Shown here piece by piece: positions 10,620 to 23,256 of a stretch of 64,000 nucleotides of DNA (the stretch's first letter is position 1; every line of letters starts with the position of its first letter). The stretch is taken from NCBI GenBank assembly GCA_017654855.1, contig CM030335.1, forward strand, positions 2,356,001-2,420,000, read 5' to 3'. The notes under the pieces are model-generated. The model worked only from the letters and a program-made list of their open reading frames with translations. It had not been told where the DNA came from and searched no databases. Source of the DNA: Podospora anserina. Taxonomy: Eukaryota. The translations under genes and the position numbers were made by a program.

Positions 10620-12566
10620 ATGTCGGCCTCTTCAAGACTCACCTCGACCCTCTACCGGCGGGCAGCCGCAACTGCAACCCCCCCCTCTCTCACAGCTACC
10701 TCGACGACAAGGGTACAGACACCACAGCTCGCGCGCGGGATTAGGGGCATATCATCCACAACCCCCAGCAGGTTACGACCTACCACCCTCTCCCGCTCAA
10801 CCTATCCCCTCCAAAGGACAGCCGCCACCCTCCCTACGCTCCCCTCAACCCGTCTATACTTTTCCACCTCCGCAGAAGAAGACTCCTTCGACCCAGCCTC
10901 CATCGACCGCGAATCCGACGAAGTAGACGTCTGTATCATCGGCGGCGGCCCCGCAGGCCTCTCCGCCGCAATCCGCCTCAAGCAACTAGCCAACGCCGCC
11001 GGCAACGACGACTTCCGCGTCCTCCTCCTCGAAAAAGCCGGCGAGATCGGCGCCCACATCCTCTCCGGAGCCGTCATCCAACCCACCGCCATTGACGAGC
11101 TCATCCCCGATTGGCTTTCCGAAGACAATGAAAACCGCTTCACCGGCGCCACACCCGCGGGGAAGGACTCGATGAGCTTCCTGACCAAAAAATGGGCCAT
11201 CCCCTGCCCTACTCCGCCTCAGATGCATAACGACGGGAATTACATCGTTTCCCTTAACGAATTCACCAAGTGGCTAGGGGAGCGGGCGGAGGAGGTCGGG
11301 GTAGAGGTTTATCCCGGTTTTGCGGCTAGCGAGGTTCTTTACAAGGCTGATGGGTCGGTCAAGGGTGTCGCGACGAATGATCTGGGGATTGGGAGGAATG
11401 GGAAGCCAAAGGATAGTTTTGAGAGGGGGATGGAGTTTCATGCTAGGGTTACGCTTTTTGGGGAGGGGTGTCATGGGTCGTTGACCAAGCAGGTGATTAA
11501 GAAGTTTGATTTGAGGTCCGAGTCGCAGCCGCAGACTTATGGGCTGGGGATTAAGGAGGTGTGGGAGGTGAAGCCGGAGAAGTTTGAGAAGGGGAAAATT
11601 GTGCATAGTATGGGGTATCCGCTGCCGATGGATACGTATGGGGGTGCGTGGATGTATCATTTTGGGGATAATCTTGTTTCGGTTGGGCAGGTGGTTGCGT
11701 TGGATTATAACAACCCGTGGCTGTCGCCGTATGGGGAGTTTCAGAAGCTGAAGCAGCACCCGCTTTACAGGAGTGTGCTGGAGGGGGGGAAGTGTATCTC
11801 TTATGGTGCTAGGGCGTTGGTGGAGGGGGGGTTTCAGTCGATTCCCAAGGTGGCTTTTCCGGGAGGGGCGCTGATTGGGGATACGGCTGGGTTTGTTAAC
11901 GTGCCCAAGGTGAAGGGGACGCATAATGCCATGAAGAGCGGTATGTTGGCTGCCGAAGCGGCGTGGAACGCGCTGCAGGTTCCGGATAACAACTCCATTT
12001 TCCTCTATGACTACGAGGATGCCCTGAGGAAGTCGAGCATCTGGAAGGAGCTGAAAGAAGTGAGGAACATGCGCCCTAGTTTTCATTCTCCTCTGGGAAT
12101 CTACGGCGGGATTCTGTATTCCGGCCTCGAGGCGTTTGTTCTGAAGGGACGTGTCCCCTGGACGCTGAAGCACAAGACGCAGGACCACGCCGCGACCAAG
12201 GACGCGAAGGACTGCAGCAAGATTGAGTACCCCAAGCCCGACGGGGAGATTACGTTTGACATCTTGACCAGTGTGAGCAGGACGGGGACGAACCATGAGG
12301 AGGACCAGCCAGTGCATCTGCAGGTCAAGGACTGGGAGAAGCACACGAGGGAGACGTGGCCGAGGTGGAAGGGGTTGGAGAATAGGTTCTGCCCGGCGGG
12401 GGTGTACGAGTATGTGGAGGATGAGGGGAAGGAGGAGGGGGTGAGGTTTCAGATCAATGCGCAGAATTGCATTCACTGCAAGACCTGTGATATTAAGGCG
12501 CCGAGGCAGGATATTAATTGGCAGGTGCCGCAGGGGGGGGAGGGGCCGAAGTACTATATGACTTAG
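10620..12566 (+). CDS. CIR2: Mitochondrial electron transfer flavoprotein-ubiquinone oxidoreductase (ETF-QO, Cir2/ETFDH orthologue), intronless
   Basis: Arg/Ser/Thr-rich presequence, FAD motif DVCIIGGGPAGLSAAIRL, GAHILSGA, and C-terminal 4Fe-4S motifs FCPAGVYE and NCIHCKTCDIK. Confidence 0.97.
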   Translation: MSASSRLTSTLYRRAAATATPPSLTATSTTRVQTPQLARGIRGISSTTPSRLRPTTLSRSTYPLQRTAATLPTLPSTRLYFSTSAEEDSFDPASIDRESDEVDVCIIGGGPAGLSAAIRLKQLANAAGNDDFRVLLLEKAGEIGAHILSGAVIQPTAIDELIPDWLSEDNENRFTGATPAGKDSMSFLTKKWAIPCPTPPQMHNDGNYIVSLNEFTKWLGERAEEVGVEVYPGFAASEVLYKADGSVKGVATNDLGIGRNGKPKDSFERGMEFHARVTLFGEGCHGSLTKQVIKKFDLRSESQPQTYGLGIKEVWEVKPEKFEKGKIVHSMGYPLPMDTYGGAWMYHFGDNLVSVGQVVALDYNNPWLSPYGEFQKLKQHPLYRSVLEGGKCISYGARALVEGGFQSIPKVAFPGGALIGDTAGFVNVPKVKGTHNAMKSGMLAAEAAWNALQVPDNNSIFLYDYEDALRKSSIWKELKEVRNMRPSFHSPLGIYGGILYSGLEAFVLKGRVPWTLKHKTQDHAATKDAKDCSKIEYPKPDGEITFDILTSVSRTGTNHEEDQPVHLQVKDWEKHTRETWPRWKGLENRFCPAGVYEYVEDEGKEEGVRFQINAQNCIHCKTCDIKAPRQDINWQVPQGGEGPKYYMT

Positions 12567-12860
12567 GGGTTGCTCTTGGGGTTGAGAGGAGGGGCTGAGG
12601 GGAGGGGTGCGAGGGGGAAGGGAGGAGGTCTGTTACTTGAATATAAAAAGGTTATATCTAGACTGAAGGGTTGGAATGATGTATTATATGTTTTTTTTCA
12701 TTGGCGGGTATGGCCTTTACAAAAGCTTTTTTTTTTTTGGGTCATTAGTGTTTTTTGGGGGTTGGTGTATGCTGATAGGTGTTGATCAAGTGAAGGATAG
12801 AAGAAACTGAATACATTTCAACATGTAACAACTGTGAACGTGGATAGGTAGGTAAATAAG

Positions 12861-13167
12861 AGAGAACCTTTAGGGGGCCCCCTATTTGCCTTATCAGCGC
12901 CCGCCCCCCTCCCTATCCACCGATTTATTTACCCTTCCTATACTATAATAAGAGACCTTTTCCCTATCTTTTAAGACCCTTGAACTATCCTTTAAGCCTT
13001 GTGAATCGTTTTCTCAAGCCTTTTAACTATCCTTTAACGTCCTTTAACTATCTTTTAAAGCCTATTAAATATCTTTTAACCCTTAATAATCACCCTTTGA
13101 AATATAGTCAATTCTATATCAAGGGGGGGTGTTTGCAAGATAAACAGGGGGCTCCGTAAGGTTCTCT
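12861..13167. mobile_element. MITE-like element (~307 bp) with imperfect ~30-bp TIRs and internal ~21-bp tandem subrepeats
   Basis: Left end AGAGAACCTTTAGGGGGCCCCCTATTTGCCTT versus right-end reverse complement AGAGAACCTTACGGAGCCCCCTGTTTATCTT. Flanks GGTAAATAA / TGCAAATAA match 7/9, a possible decayed 9-bp TSD. Confidence 0.65.
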
Positions 13168-13793
13168 TGCAAATAAACTCGTCAACCAGAAGAGGGCTGA
13201 AGTGAAATGTTCCGTTTCAATCACCACGCTCAAGTCACAGGTTGCGGAATGAGATAGTGCGTGCGTGTATGTGTAAACAATTTTGCTCTCTGCTAAAATG
13301 TCTTTCGTATCAAGAGAAAAGATGAAAAAGTAATTTGGTATCCACGAGTTGAAAAGAAAAAACTACTTTCAAATAGCAAAAAGAAAACATTGCCATAAGA
13401 GCTTCTCCAACTAAGAGAGAGAAAGAGAGAAATAGAGCATATACCAAAAATCTTGTATAATCAACAGATCCAAAAGCGACAGTTGAGAGTTGTCTTTGAC
13501 CCCCCCCCCCTTTCCTTCCCGCCGACTTGTCCCATATCCTCCCCATAAATGTCCATGATATCCTTTATATACTTGTCCCAGATATCCACCACGGAATTTC
13601 CCCGATATAAAACGCCATCAACCCAACCCAAACCAACCCAACCGCCTTGGTGGGAAAGAAAATGCCGTTTTTTGATGCCGATATAAAAGTACAAAAAACG
13701 ACAGTTGAAATAATAAACCGCCATTAGGCCACAATGCCTCATGAAAACGATAGGGGGTGCCCCGTCCGCCAAAAATATCCAAAGCCGACTTGT

Positions 13794-16419
13794 TTAGGTG
13801 ACAAACCACATACACCCACAAGGACTCATATCCGCAGCCGGCGGTCCTCCTCCCTGCTGAGTAAAAACCCCCTCCTCCGTCCCGCCGCCCTCACGCCCCG
13901 CTCGCTCCTCTCCCTCCCTCTTCCTCCTCCTCTTCTGCCCCCCCGGCCGGCCGGCGCCGCCAAAAGGCCCAACAACAGTCTGCTCATTCTCCACAATCCT
14001 AATAGTCACCGCCTTCCCCTTCCCGTCCACCACCACCTTCGCCTCTTGCGCATAACCCGTAATCTCCATCTGGGTGCACTCCGGCACTCTCGCCGCCGCC
14101 GTCCCTGTGGTTATGGTTGGAACTCTCCTCTCTGCTAGTTTGATAACTCTTGGATACCCCGGTGGTGGCGGCGTAAAATTCTCATCTATCGGTCCCCATC
14201 CTGACCCTGACCCGAACCCCCCTGTTGATGTGGGAAAGGGGGGGAACTCAAGCGTCTTCGAGTCTCGTGGTTCAGGCCAGTAACCCTTTGGTTTGTTGGT
14301 GTTTGTTGGGGAGGGGCCTTCGCTTGGTGGTGGTGGTGGTGATTGGTTTCCCTCAGGGGCAGGAGGATGGTTGTTGGGATTCTCACCGCCGATGGGGGCT
14401 GGTAGTGTTGATGTCTGTGGTGGTGGGGTTTCACCTGGCGGTGATGTCTGTGTCAGTAGTGTGGCGGAAGATGATTCGAAAAATGTTGATGTTGTTGTCG
14501 AGGTGAGAAAGGACTGATATGGCCCCCGCCCTGGACTTCCCGGGCCACCGCCCGGGCCCCCTGCTGACAGTGGCGGGATCCCAGACCAGCTTGAGTTTTG
14601 GTGGGGATAGATGAACATCTCGAGGTACGTGTCTGGCCATCTGCACACCCACGGCTTGTCCCCGACCTTGGCGATATTTTTGCGCTTAAAGTCGGTCATG
14701 CCGGCCAGGTTGCGAATGTTTCTTCTTGTCACAGAAGGAGTCGTCGGTGAGAGGGCAGCTTCGGGGAGAATGACCGTCTTGTCGTAGGTCAGCATGTTGT
14801 AGAATGCCGGGCCCCGTGTTGGCTCAAAGGTGTCGTTGACCAGTGTCAGAGTAACCGGTTTTTCTACCAGAGGTGGCTGTTCACCATACGAGTATACGTT
14901 ATTCATCAACGTGAACGAATGGTTAAAGTTGAGCATCATGCTGTGTTCGCCGTGATTCTCAGCTATTGTTAGATGCAAGCCGGCGATGACGAGAAAACAG
15001 TTCCATGCTTGCGAGAGAGTCGGGTCTTGAAAGCAAGTATTGGACACGCGGTTCGTTGTAAGTGGCATGCTGAAGGTGCCCGCCGGTAGTGGCTGAAGAT
15101 CGGCTGGTTTTGGTATTGGAACGGCACCAAACGTTGGTACAGGGGCTGGCGAGTTGAATGGTGACCTATAGACCGAGTTAACAAACCAAACCACGATTAC
15201 TCACATCTTGTTGAGATGCTCACCATGTGCCATCCTTGCGCATTGGCCGCTTTTGTTTGGACAAGAATGTGCCGATAACTGAGCCCAAAATTGCTCCCAC
15301 CACCAATAATATCAGAAACGTCAGGCATATAACCCAATATGGGACGATACCACATAGCTTCCGCCTCATCCACAGTTTCCACCCCTTTGGCGATTGCCCC
15401 TTTTCGTTGACAACCTCTTCATACGGCTTAATGACCCGATTGGTGCTGTCCGAGGTGAAACTTCGCGACGAGTGGCGGGACTGGGGAGACCCGAGATCGT
15501 CTGTTGAATCAAATTCGGGATTTCGTGTGGCTAGCCCAAGCCCTCCCGCACCGACAATGGTGGAACCGGACGTTGTGATGGATGGTGGTGCGGTTACCGC
15601 GGCTGCCGCTGTATTTGGCGTATTCGTCGTTGCTTGTGCTACTCCAGTTGGGGTCAAGGCATCGGCAGCCGCTACCTTGCGAGCATATGCCTCATCCGGA
15701 TATCGCGTGTATGGCGGAAGCTGTTCGGTATGGCCGTCTGGGCCGATGATGTCGCCAGCTTCCTCCCCGTCTGCGCCAACTCGTCGCCGGTACTGATCGG
15801 GAAGACCGTGAAAACCTAGTGGAACGGTGTCTGGCATAGCGCCCGTTTCGACCCCGTCGCTCTGAGGATAGAGGCCATACGGATGACTTGGTCCACGAGG
15901 CCCAGTGTACGACAATTCCGACGCCGGTAGCGTCGACGAGGTCGTCGTTGTGCTCATTGTCCTTGCCATCCTTACGTCCTGCGGATACATCTGGTAGGGA
16001 TGCGATGGTCCAGACGGTCCCCTGTACGGGCTCTCGGGTGCTAGATAGGCTGTGGATTCGGTAGATCCGCTCAATTGCCTGCTCAAACTCGAGGATTCGT
16101 CAGCCTGTTCTGGCCCCCCATGTTGCCGTGTCGACGATGCATCTCGTGGCCTGGGTGGCTTCGAGATGCTGGGAGAGCGACCTATTCGTGCTGACTCTGG
16201 ACTTCCATCGCCAAGTAGTGTGCTGGATCCGGAGGCGAGTGATGGCGTCGATGGTGGTTGGATCTCGGGGCCGGGGTTGACTGGTCTGAACCCATCTGCC
16301 ACCATTCCCATGGCGGCCAACTCTGGGTCCTCATCCGCACTAATGACTGATATCCGCAGCGAATTCCTCGTCGATAACCTCCTCTCCAGCTCGTCAGTCT
16401 TGTTTGGTGGAAGATCCAT
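13794..16419 (-). CDS. Single-pass membrane protein of unknown function with a Pro/Ser-rich cytosolic N-terminus and a Cys-containing C-terminal domain. Exons 16419-15224, 15165-13794
   Basis: A 58-nt GT..AG intron joins the 399-aa and 466-aa ORFs in frame (..DGTW|SPF..). Contains IIGPDGHTEQLPPYTRYP, a TM helix after RKLCGIVP, DKPWVCRWPDTYLE and terminal CGCMWF. Confidence 0.8.
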
Positions 16420-19400
16420 GGTTTCGGGTTCTGTATCTCGATGACTGGCGCTGTTCCGGGTCTAAGAGTTAGATGAACCGCTTGCCAGCACCATCAACTA
16501 TTCATTGACTGGCGAGGGTGACCAGCGGAGTCATCGACTCCTTTGGTTCTCGGATCGTCCTAGGATGTGGCGTTCAAGGTTTGTAGACAGAGGTGATGTT
16601 GGTTGTTTGATAGTTGCAAGGGTGATTGGCAGGTGAGGTTCCAGTCCTCCGGCTGAAATGGGACAAGCTGGATCAGAGGTGCGCTTCTGCAGCAAGAGGT
16701 CCAGCCACTTCTTGGTCAACAGCCGGAATCACAGCGCGCAAGAATCCAAAGGTTGTCGGACTGGCCAGAAACAAGACAGACTGGCACCGTTTCGGACTCA
16801 ATATGGGGGGCACGTAGGCGCATGTTGTCATTGGTCGGCTGTTCACGGGGGACATGCCCTGGCACCCCCCCAGGGCCTTCCGGGGCGGATTTGCGCTGGC
16901 GGGAGCATCAAGGCGCTTGGCAAGCTGCTGTGTGCGGCAGGGATGTGCAGAGTGGACCATGGCCATTGGCTGGGACTTTGGATCTCGCCCGTTCCTCATC
17001 ACTTCATCGGACAAACCAAGGAACCTCACGGTCCGGCAGTGTCTGGCTGCAGCTATAACAAGCGTCCTGGCAGAGCCGTTTTCGTCTCGAGTGCCCAAGC
17101 AAAAACCGGTCGTCGGACGAACTCGAGCGAACTCTCAGTTCGTCTGGAGCATCCAAAAGGCCAAAGCTTGCCGCTTTCCCGAAGACAGTCATCCAATTCC
17201 TGATGTCAGTCCTGGGTATCATCATCCCATCCATTCCTGGGACTGACTGGTCATGTCAGTGAATAACCGCCGTTTTCGCAAGAGAAATGGAAAAAATCTG
17301 GGGTAGACATTGCAATCTACAGGCCGCAGAGAGGGCAATATCTCGCAGCATCGGGATTCGCCTGGATGATTTGAGCCTGTGGGTAGTATTCCCAAGCTGG
17401 ACGCAACACCGGACAGTGTGGGACAAGCGAGGCGGCTGGTCAGATTTGTGCTATGGCGAAATGAAGTGTGAAGGAAACGTTTGGCATTGCGCAAAGCCAC
17501 GAGAAGAGATCAGGAGAGATGACATCGTGAGCTTGTTCCTGGCTGTCCATGCCCAATGGGGAGGCCACTCCGGATCCGAGACGATGCTAATGTTAGGAGC
17601 TAGGTACCTGTGTACGCAGTAGTTCGTGCTGCCGGAGCGGAGCATCTGATGCAGAGCGTTCGTTCGGTTGATATGCGCAGGCCGCAGGAGAGAAGGCAGG
17701 AGGTGGCAGGTGGCTGCTATAATTAAATGGGGGGGGGGAAAGGTCTGGAGCGTTCTCTTGTAAATAAACGGAGAGACATCCAGACGGGAAGGTCAATTAT
17801 CAACGTTGGAAGCTTGCCTCTTTGCGGCCAAGCTCGATCGTGTGGTAGTGTGGGCTTGCCGGGCCGTTGCACGGTTATGGCACAGAGCCCGCGGCAGTTA
17901 CCACTCCCCTGTCGGCTGGCAGGGGTGCCACGATTGCCGGTTGCTTCTAGTGTCTTGTCCCCGCCAACAGCATCAGATATTGCATCTTGACAGCCAGTAT
18001 ATTGTTGATATTTGAAGACTACCCTCATGAGAGAGCAGTGGCGGCCATGGAGGGAGAGTCTCATTAGCATTGATCGGTCATCACGACAATCTCGACAAAC
18101 TACCGCCCTCAATTGCGAATCGTTCTACACTACACAGTAGTTTGTTATTCCACGACCAGCGGAAATGCGGGGTATTCGGATTCAAAACAGCCTTGGATGT
18201 TAACCGCACAATTTTATCGCCGGGTTCTCATCCCCGAGTCATCGTGACACGGGATGGCCTCGATCTCTGGGACGGTGCTGGCCTTGGTCTGACAGCCTTA
18301 TCAACAATCCCGACCTTCATCCCCTCTACGAGTGTCAAAATCGAACCATTCTGTCTTGCTGCATCTGCTGTACTTCGTCCACATCTCGGGCGAATGCAGG
18401 AGCTCTCTACGAAACACATCGTCGTGGTACAGTTGTTTAAAAAGGCAGATGGCAGAATCTCTGATCAAGGAAGCGAGGCCCTGGGCCCGCCAGGTCCATT
18501 GAGGGCAATTATGGCCGAGAGGATCATCTGCACCCTTCCGACTCTGTGTCCAGAACTGGCATTGGATGGTTGGTGGTTGTCAGCAACCCATCTTGCCCCG
18601 CTCCCGTCGTTGGATACGCCCGGCTTTGCACCATCACCATAACCTCAACCAAAGCATCACTCTTAACCTCTTAGCCTGTGTCTGGTGCGGCTCAAAATTG
18701 GTCAACATGTTTGCTGGCTTCTAATAAGAGGAGAGGCTCCGAGAGGCTCCTTGATGCCCAAAGTGCTCTCCTCTACTTTCGAAACCGAACACAACATGAC
18801 CTGACCCTCACTCTCCTGCCCCTCACGACCTCGCCCAAGCTGACTGAGGTGGGAGAAGCAAGTTCGACGGATAGCCGCAGCCTGACCGCCAAGCTGTGAT
18901 GCAGTGTGAACACCAACCACAGCACTCTATGCCCACACCCAGCCTGTCACAACACTTCGCCTGCAAACCGGGGCACCCGCCTGCTGGAATCCAACATGCA
19001 CGAGACACACCGAGCATGCCGCTCTACAGATGAATCGCCACTTCATCGTTGCCCGGCTTGTGCGCCAGCTGTAGCTTTCCGATCTGCCACAGCCTATCAC
19101 AGCTGGACGACTCTGAGGCTCCATGGCTTTGGGACAGATCAGACCAGTCGGATCCGGCCTCCCACAGGGTTGGTTACCTGTTGGTCCAGCGCTGAGTAGC
19201 TCAGCATCCTCCCACCTGGGCCCTGTTTCTATGTGTGAGACCATGCACTTCTGCAGCCTCGAGCACACGCTTTGCCCAACTCAGCTGCAGGAGAGACTCC
19301 AAGAGAGAGGAATGTGCAGCATCACCTCGTATGTGAGTGTCACCCATAGTCTCCTTCTCACCCCTAGACACGCGCCTATGCTCTCGGGGGAGTAAGCTCC

Positions 19401-19696
19401 CCGAGCGTCTCCTATTTACTTCTACGCCCGTCTCTTCCGTCGATCTCCCGTTCTCTTGGAAATTCCAATTCCCAACTTCAAACTCTCTTCCACCTCGAAC
19501 TCTCTTGACGCTCCCCATTGGCGGTGATGCCCTCACTCTAGGCTGCCCAAGTTTGCCTGTCTTACTGCTTGGCTCATCTATTCGGTGTAGGACAGTTGTT
19601 GTCCTACTCTCCACACATCAAATCTAGGAAGCAAGGCTCCTAGCCGCCCCCCCCCTCTACGTTTCGGTCACATATATTTTAGTTCGCCCCCTCGCC

Positions 19697-20458
19697 ATGC
19701 CTCGATCCAGCTCCAGCTCTGGCTCCAGCGCCGGCTCGAGCTCGAGCTCGCGGCGGATGAAGCAGCGGATGCTTCCGAAAACCCCAGCTGTCAACACTCT
19801 GATATGGTTCACTGGGCGGGATCCCAGGAAAGTCAAGGGCGTCCGGGCCTACTATTACGACGATGATTTTGAGACTCGAAGCAATGGCTCATACAGTTCC
19901 ATGTGGTCCTCGTGGACCAGCAACCGCAGCAATGTCGAATACTATCTCGTCGAGTCCAAGGGGCTCTACTACGCTGAGTACCCAGAGCAAAGCAAAAACA
20001 ACAAGTCAAGGCCAAGTGGCAGAGTCTCCCAGCCGAGTGCCACAGCTGCCTGGGCCAGAAACGCCAGTGTTCGGGATGCCAACGGGGATGATGATTCCGA
20101 TTCAGACGACGGGAGCAGCAGCGACAGCAGTGAGTCTGAGTATGGGCATCAGCAACCCGGCCCCTTTGCCCAACCTCCAGGTCCAATGAGGATGGGAATG
20201 CCCAATGGCGGTCCTCCTCCAATGGGTCGCCCTCCCATGATGGGCGGCCCCCCTCCGATGGGCGGTCCTCCGGGTCCTCCACCTGGAGGATTTCCACCAG
20301 GCTTTGCCGGAATGCCGCGACCTTCCTCTCATCCGCAGATGCCTCCCCCAGGACATGGTATGCCGCCTCCGCAAGGATTCAGACCCCCGATGGGAATGGG
20401 GATGCCCCCTCCACCTCCAGGAGCTGGTCATCCTGGACCTTTCCCAGGCGGTCACTAA
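19697..20458 (+). CDS. Hypothetical protein with a low-complexity Pro/Gly/Met-rich C-terminus
   Basis: Good start context (GCCATG), coding-like codon usage, and an aromatic-rich N-terminal segment followed by PPPMG repeats. Confidence 0.65.
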   Translation: MPRSSSSSGSSAGSSSSSRRMKQRMLPKTPAVNTLIWFTGRDPRKVKGVRAYYYDDDFETRSNGSYSSMWSSWTSNRSNVEYYLVESKGLYYAEYPEQSKNNKSRPSGRVSQPSATAAWARNASVRDANGDDDSDSDDGSSSDSSESEYGHQQPGPFAQPPGPMRMGMPNGGPPPMGRPPMMGGPPPMGGPPGPPPGGFPPGFAGMPRPSSHPQMPPPGHGMPPPQGFRPPMGMGMPPPPPGAGHPGPFPGGH

Positions 20459-23256
20459 GGATCTCTTACCTTTTCGGGAGGTGGTGATCAACGTGACAGG
20501 GAAGGCATTTACAAGCATGGAATATGAGTTATGAAACGGCGTTTAGGTGTCTGGTAACATCACATCACAGGTTGGTCTGGACAACAGGACGGACGTACTT
20601 GGTTTCGAAGACCAAATCTCGGAATTGCATTCAGAAAAAAAAGGCCGGGTGCTGTTTTCATGGCGTTTCTGGAGTTGAGAGGGGGCGACGACGGTTGGAC
20701 ATTTGGAGCATACCTATTTATGGTTAACGATTATGGTCTCTGATGCACTATGAAGTTACTTCTTTTGCGCTCCATTGCCGTTGCTCATTGTCTTGTATGA
20801 CATCCTGATGCTCTCATCACTGAGCCCTAACCCTGACAGCTCACCTAATCTCTCAGGATACCAACACGACACCAGTGTTCTGCAGTTTTTCGATATCACA
20901 TTCAAGCATCTCACAAGCGCCATCCAAGGCTTCAAGGGATACACGCATGTGGCCAATCATCACAGCGCTTACGCTGTAGCATCACCACGGTTCCAATTGA
21001 AGGACTTTGCGTCATGGAATCATTCACTTCACTCAAATTGATGAGGCAGCCATTAAGGCACTGCTTCAGAGTGCATCCCGAGAGTTAAAGACTGTGCAGG
21101 AGGGGCACTGTCGGCGTAGCCGGCAGCTGCTGATGATCTGAACTTTTGCGACGGCCACCGACCGGTTCATCCGGGTAGGTAGCCAACCATCTGGAGATGC
21201 TGCGGCAGCAAGCCACACACCAATTCATTCACCACCGCCCTCACAGGAAGTGGTGTGCCCCGCATTCGTCCGCAGTTCGCGGACCAAGACTAGCAGCTAC
21301 CCCGCAACCGCCGTTGAGGTACACCACGGTCTCGATTCTCTAGGCAGACAGATGAAAGTGCCCGCATTTCAAGATAAGTCTACTACCATCTTTCACAGGC
21401 ATCGATCTTCTATGGCGGGGTAAAGCTATGGTTTCACATCCTTCCCGCACTTGCACGAGGATTTTCACTGTTCTTCATTCACAAGCAGGCACCGAACTGG
21501 ATGTGGAAGAGTGAGTTGTTGCACAGCAGCAGGGGCGGCCGGCTCCACGTTCTGGGCTGGCGTGTGCGAGACATTGTGATGTTGTTACACCCGCTCTGGG
21601 TGGGATACCTTGATGGCAGCTTCTGTAGGTGAACAGGTAAGTAGGTAGATATTCCCCTGAGATTATCAACTAACTCGTCTTCTCTCTGCAAAGCTATCCA
21701 AAACCAGAAAACCTGCCCAATTCAACCGTCAGCACAGTTGATGCCTGACAGCTGCGCAAAAGCCAGACTTACCAGAAAGACTTTAACTACAGCAATGGCC
21801 GGATCTGACAAGATTCCCAGCGCGACATGGCTTGAAATAGAACTTTTTCTTCTTTTTTCCCCACCATTGATTTGACTTCTTGCACATTGCGGCAAGGCGA
21901 TTTCGAGGGCGTTGTTTTCCAGTCCTCTTGGTTGGAAGTGACGTCTTGTTTGATTTGCAACCAGCGTAACTAGGTACGTGGGGGAGGAGGCTGAGTTATA
22001 ATTCTCACTAACACTCAGTTACCTCTCGCTAACCCAAGCATACCAAGCATACCAAGCATTTGTCCTCGCAAACATGGACCAATGGTTGTTCGAATGCTGT
22101 TTGTTGGGATACCGCCGTTTGTAGGTATTATAGCCCAAACTCTTTGTGCTATACTCTTCTTGCCGGTGACTGACGCCGTGAATAGCACTGATGCCTTGTG
22201 GATACTACCAGTCTATGTATATCCCGGCGTGTTACACATCTGGCTGGGTAGGTGGCTTTGTTTAGATCTGAGGACAACTCCAGTCCAGGGATTTGGTAAG
22301 ACAGCCAACGAACGCTTTGCCACAAGACAGGGAAGGGAGACACAGGATGAGAGAAAGCTCCAGGAAAATGTGTTCAAGTGCGAGGGAGTGGAACATGTCA
22401 ACGGTGTTATCAACAACAAAGTTTGTTGTTGGTGGCGTCGAACTCAAGGTACCTATCTTGGCAACTGGTTCTTAGTCCCAATTCGAAGTGTTGAAACCAT
22501 GAGTGGATCTCCCTACAGGGGCGCAGGCCGTAGGGCAGAGACAGACAGACAGACAGACAGACAGACCGTGATGGATGCTAGGTAGTCTTTTTCGTCCTCA
22601 CTTGTTGTTGGTTGTGGCCTCCCAATCCTACGGGTTTGGACTACCCCGCCTGCGCCCCTCCCTCCCTCTCTCTCTCCTCGCAAGGCCGCCAGCCTGGCTA
22701 CCTACCTAGTTCACCTTCCTGGGACCTGTACCGAGAGAAAAGTAAGCTGCATGGAGGTGGTGAGCCAATGGGAGGGTTGACGATGCACATGGCGGATGCC
22801 TCTTTTGACAAGCATTGAACGGGGCAGGGATTAAAGTTGCACCTTTGGAGAGGTATCATATGCATGCTCAACGTAGGTAGGCGTGCCTTGCCGGCCTGGC
22901 TGTGCTGCCTTGTGAGTCGACCGGGGATCTACAATGATGAGGCTCTGGTCTGGACAGGACAGGGGGGCATGAAGGGGGGTTGGTTAGCTATATATAAGAT
23001 GGTGCTTTTCATCTTCTTTTCACATCACACAAGTTCTTGAGTTCTACAGGACAAGTCTTGTTTTCTTTCGTCTGCAAGATTCAAGTCTTCACGTTGTTCT
23101 GTTTTGACACACCACACGCACACACACCTTATCAAACGTTCCCCCTTTTGGTGTGGAATTGATTGTCTATATCTTACCATTGTTTCACTCCTTTTTTCTC
23201 CTCACTTCATCTGTGTTGTCACCACACCCATCTTCCCACTCAACACTGTAACCACC

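Noticed and set aside
11274-12476. 400-aa minus-strand ORF, and similar long antisense ORFs over BCS1-like, ERG13, TRM8, MDM1 and DBP9
   Set aside because: By-products of skewed codon usage in the real genes; the translations are low-complexity Pro/Leu/His.
12960-13090. Tandem ~21-bp repeats as a CRISPR-like array
   Set aside because: No unique spacers and a eukaryotic context; these are the MITE's internal subrepeats.
16420-19690. Many overlapping 60-190 aa ORFs between the two divergent genes
   Set aside because: No coding bias or motifs; best explained as UTR and promoter sequence.
20825-20836. CCCTAACCCTGA in a 2.8-kb intergenic gap as a possible telomerase RNA template
   Set aside because: Does not match the UAACCCUAA template I recall for Neurospora, and I could not identify a pseudoknot or P6.1. 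An Infernal search would be needed.
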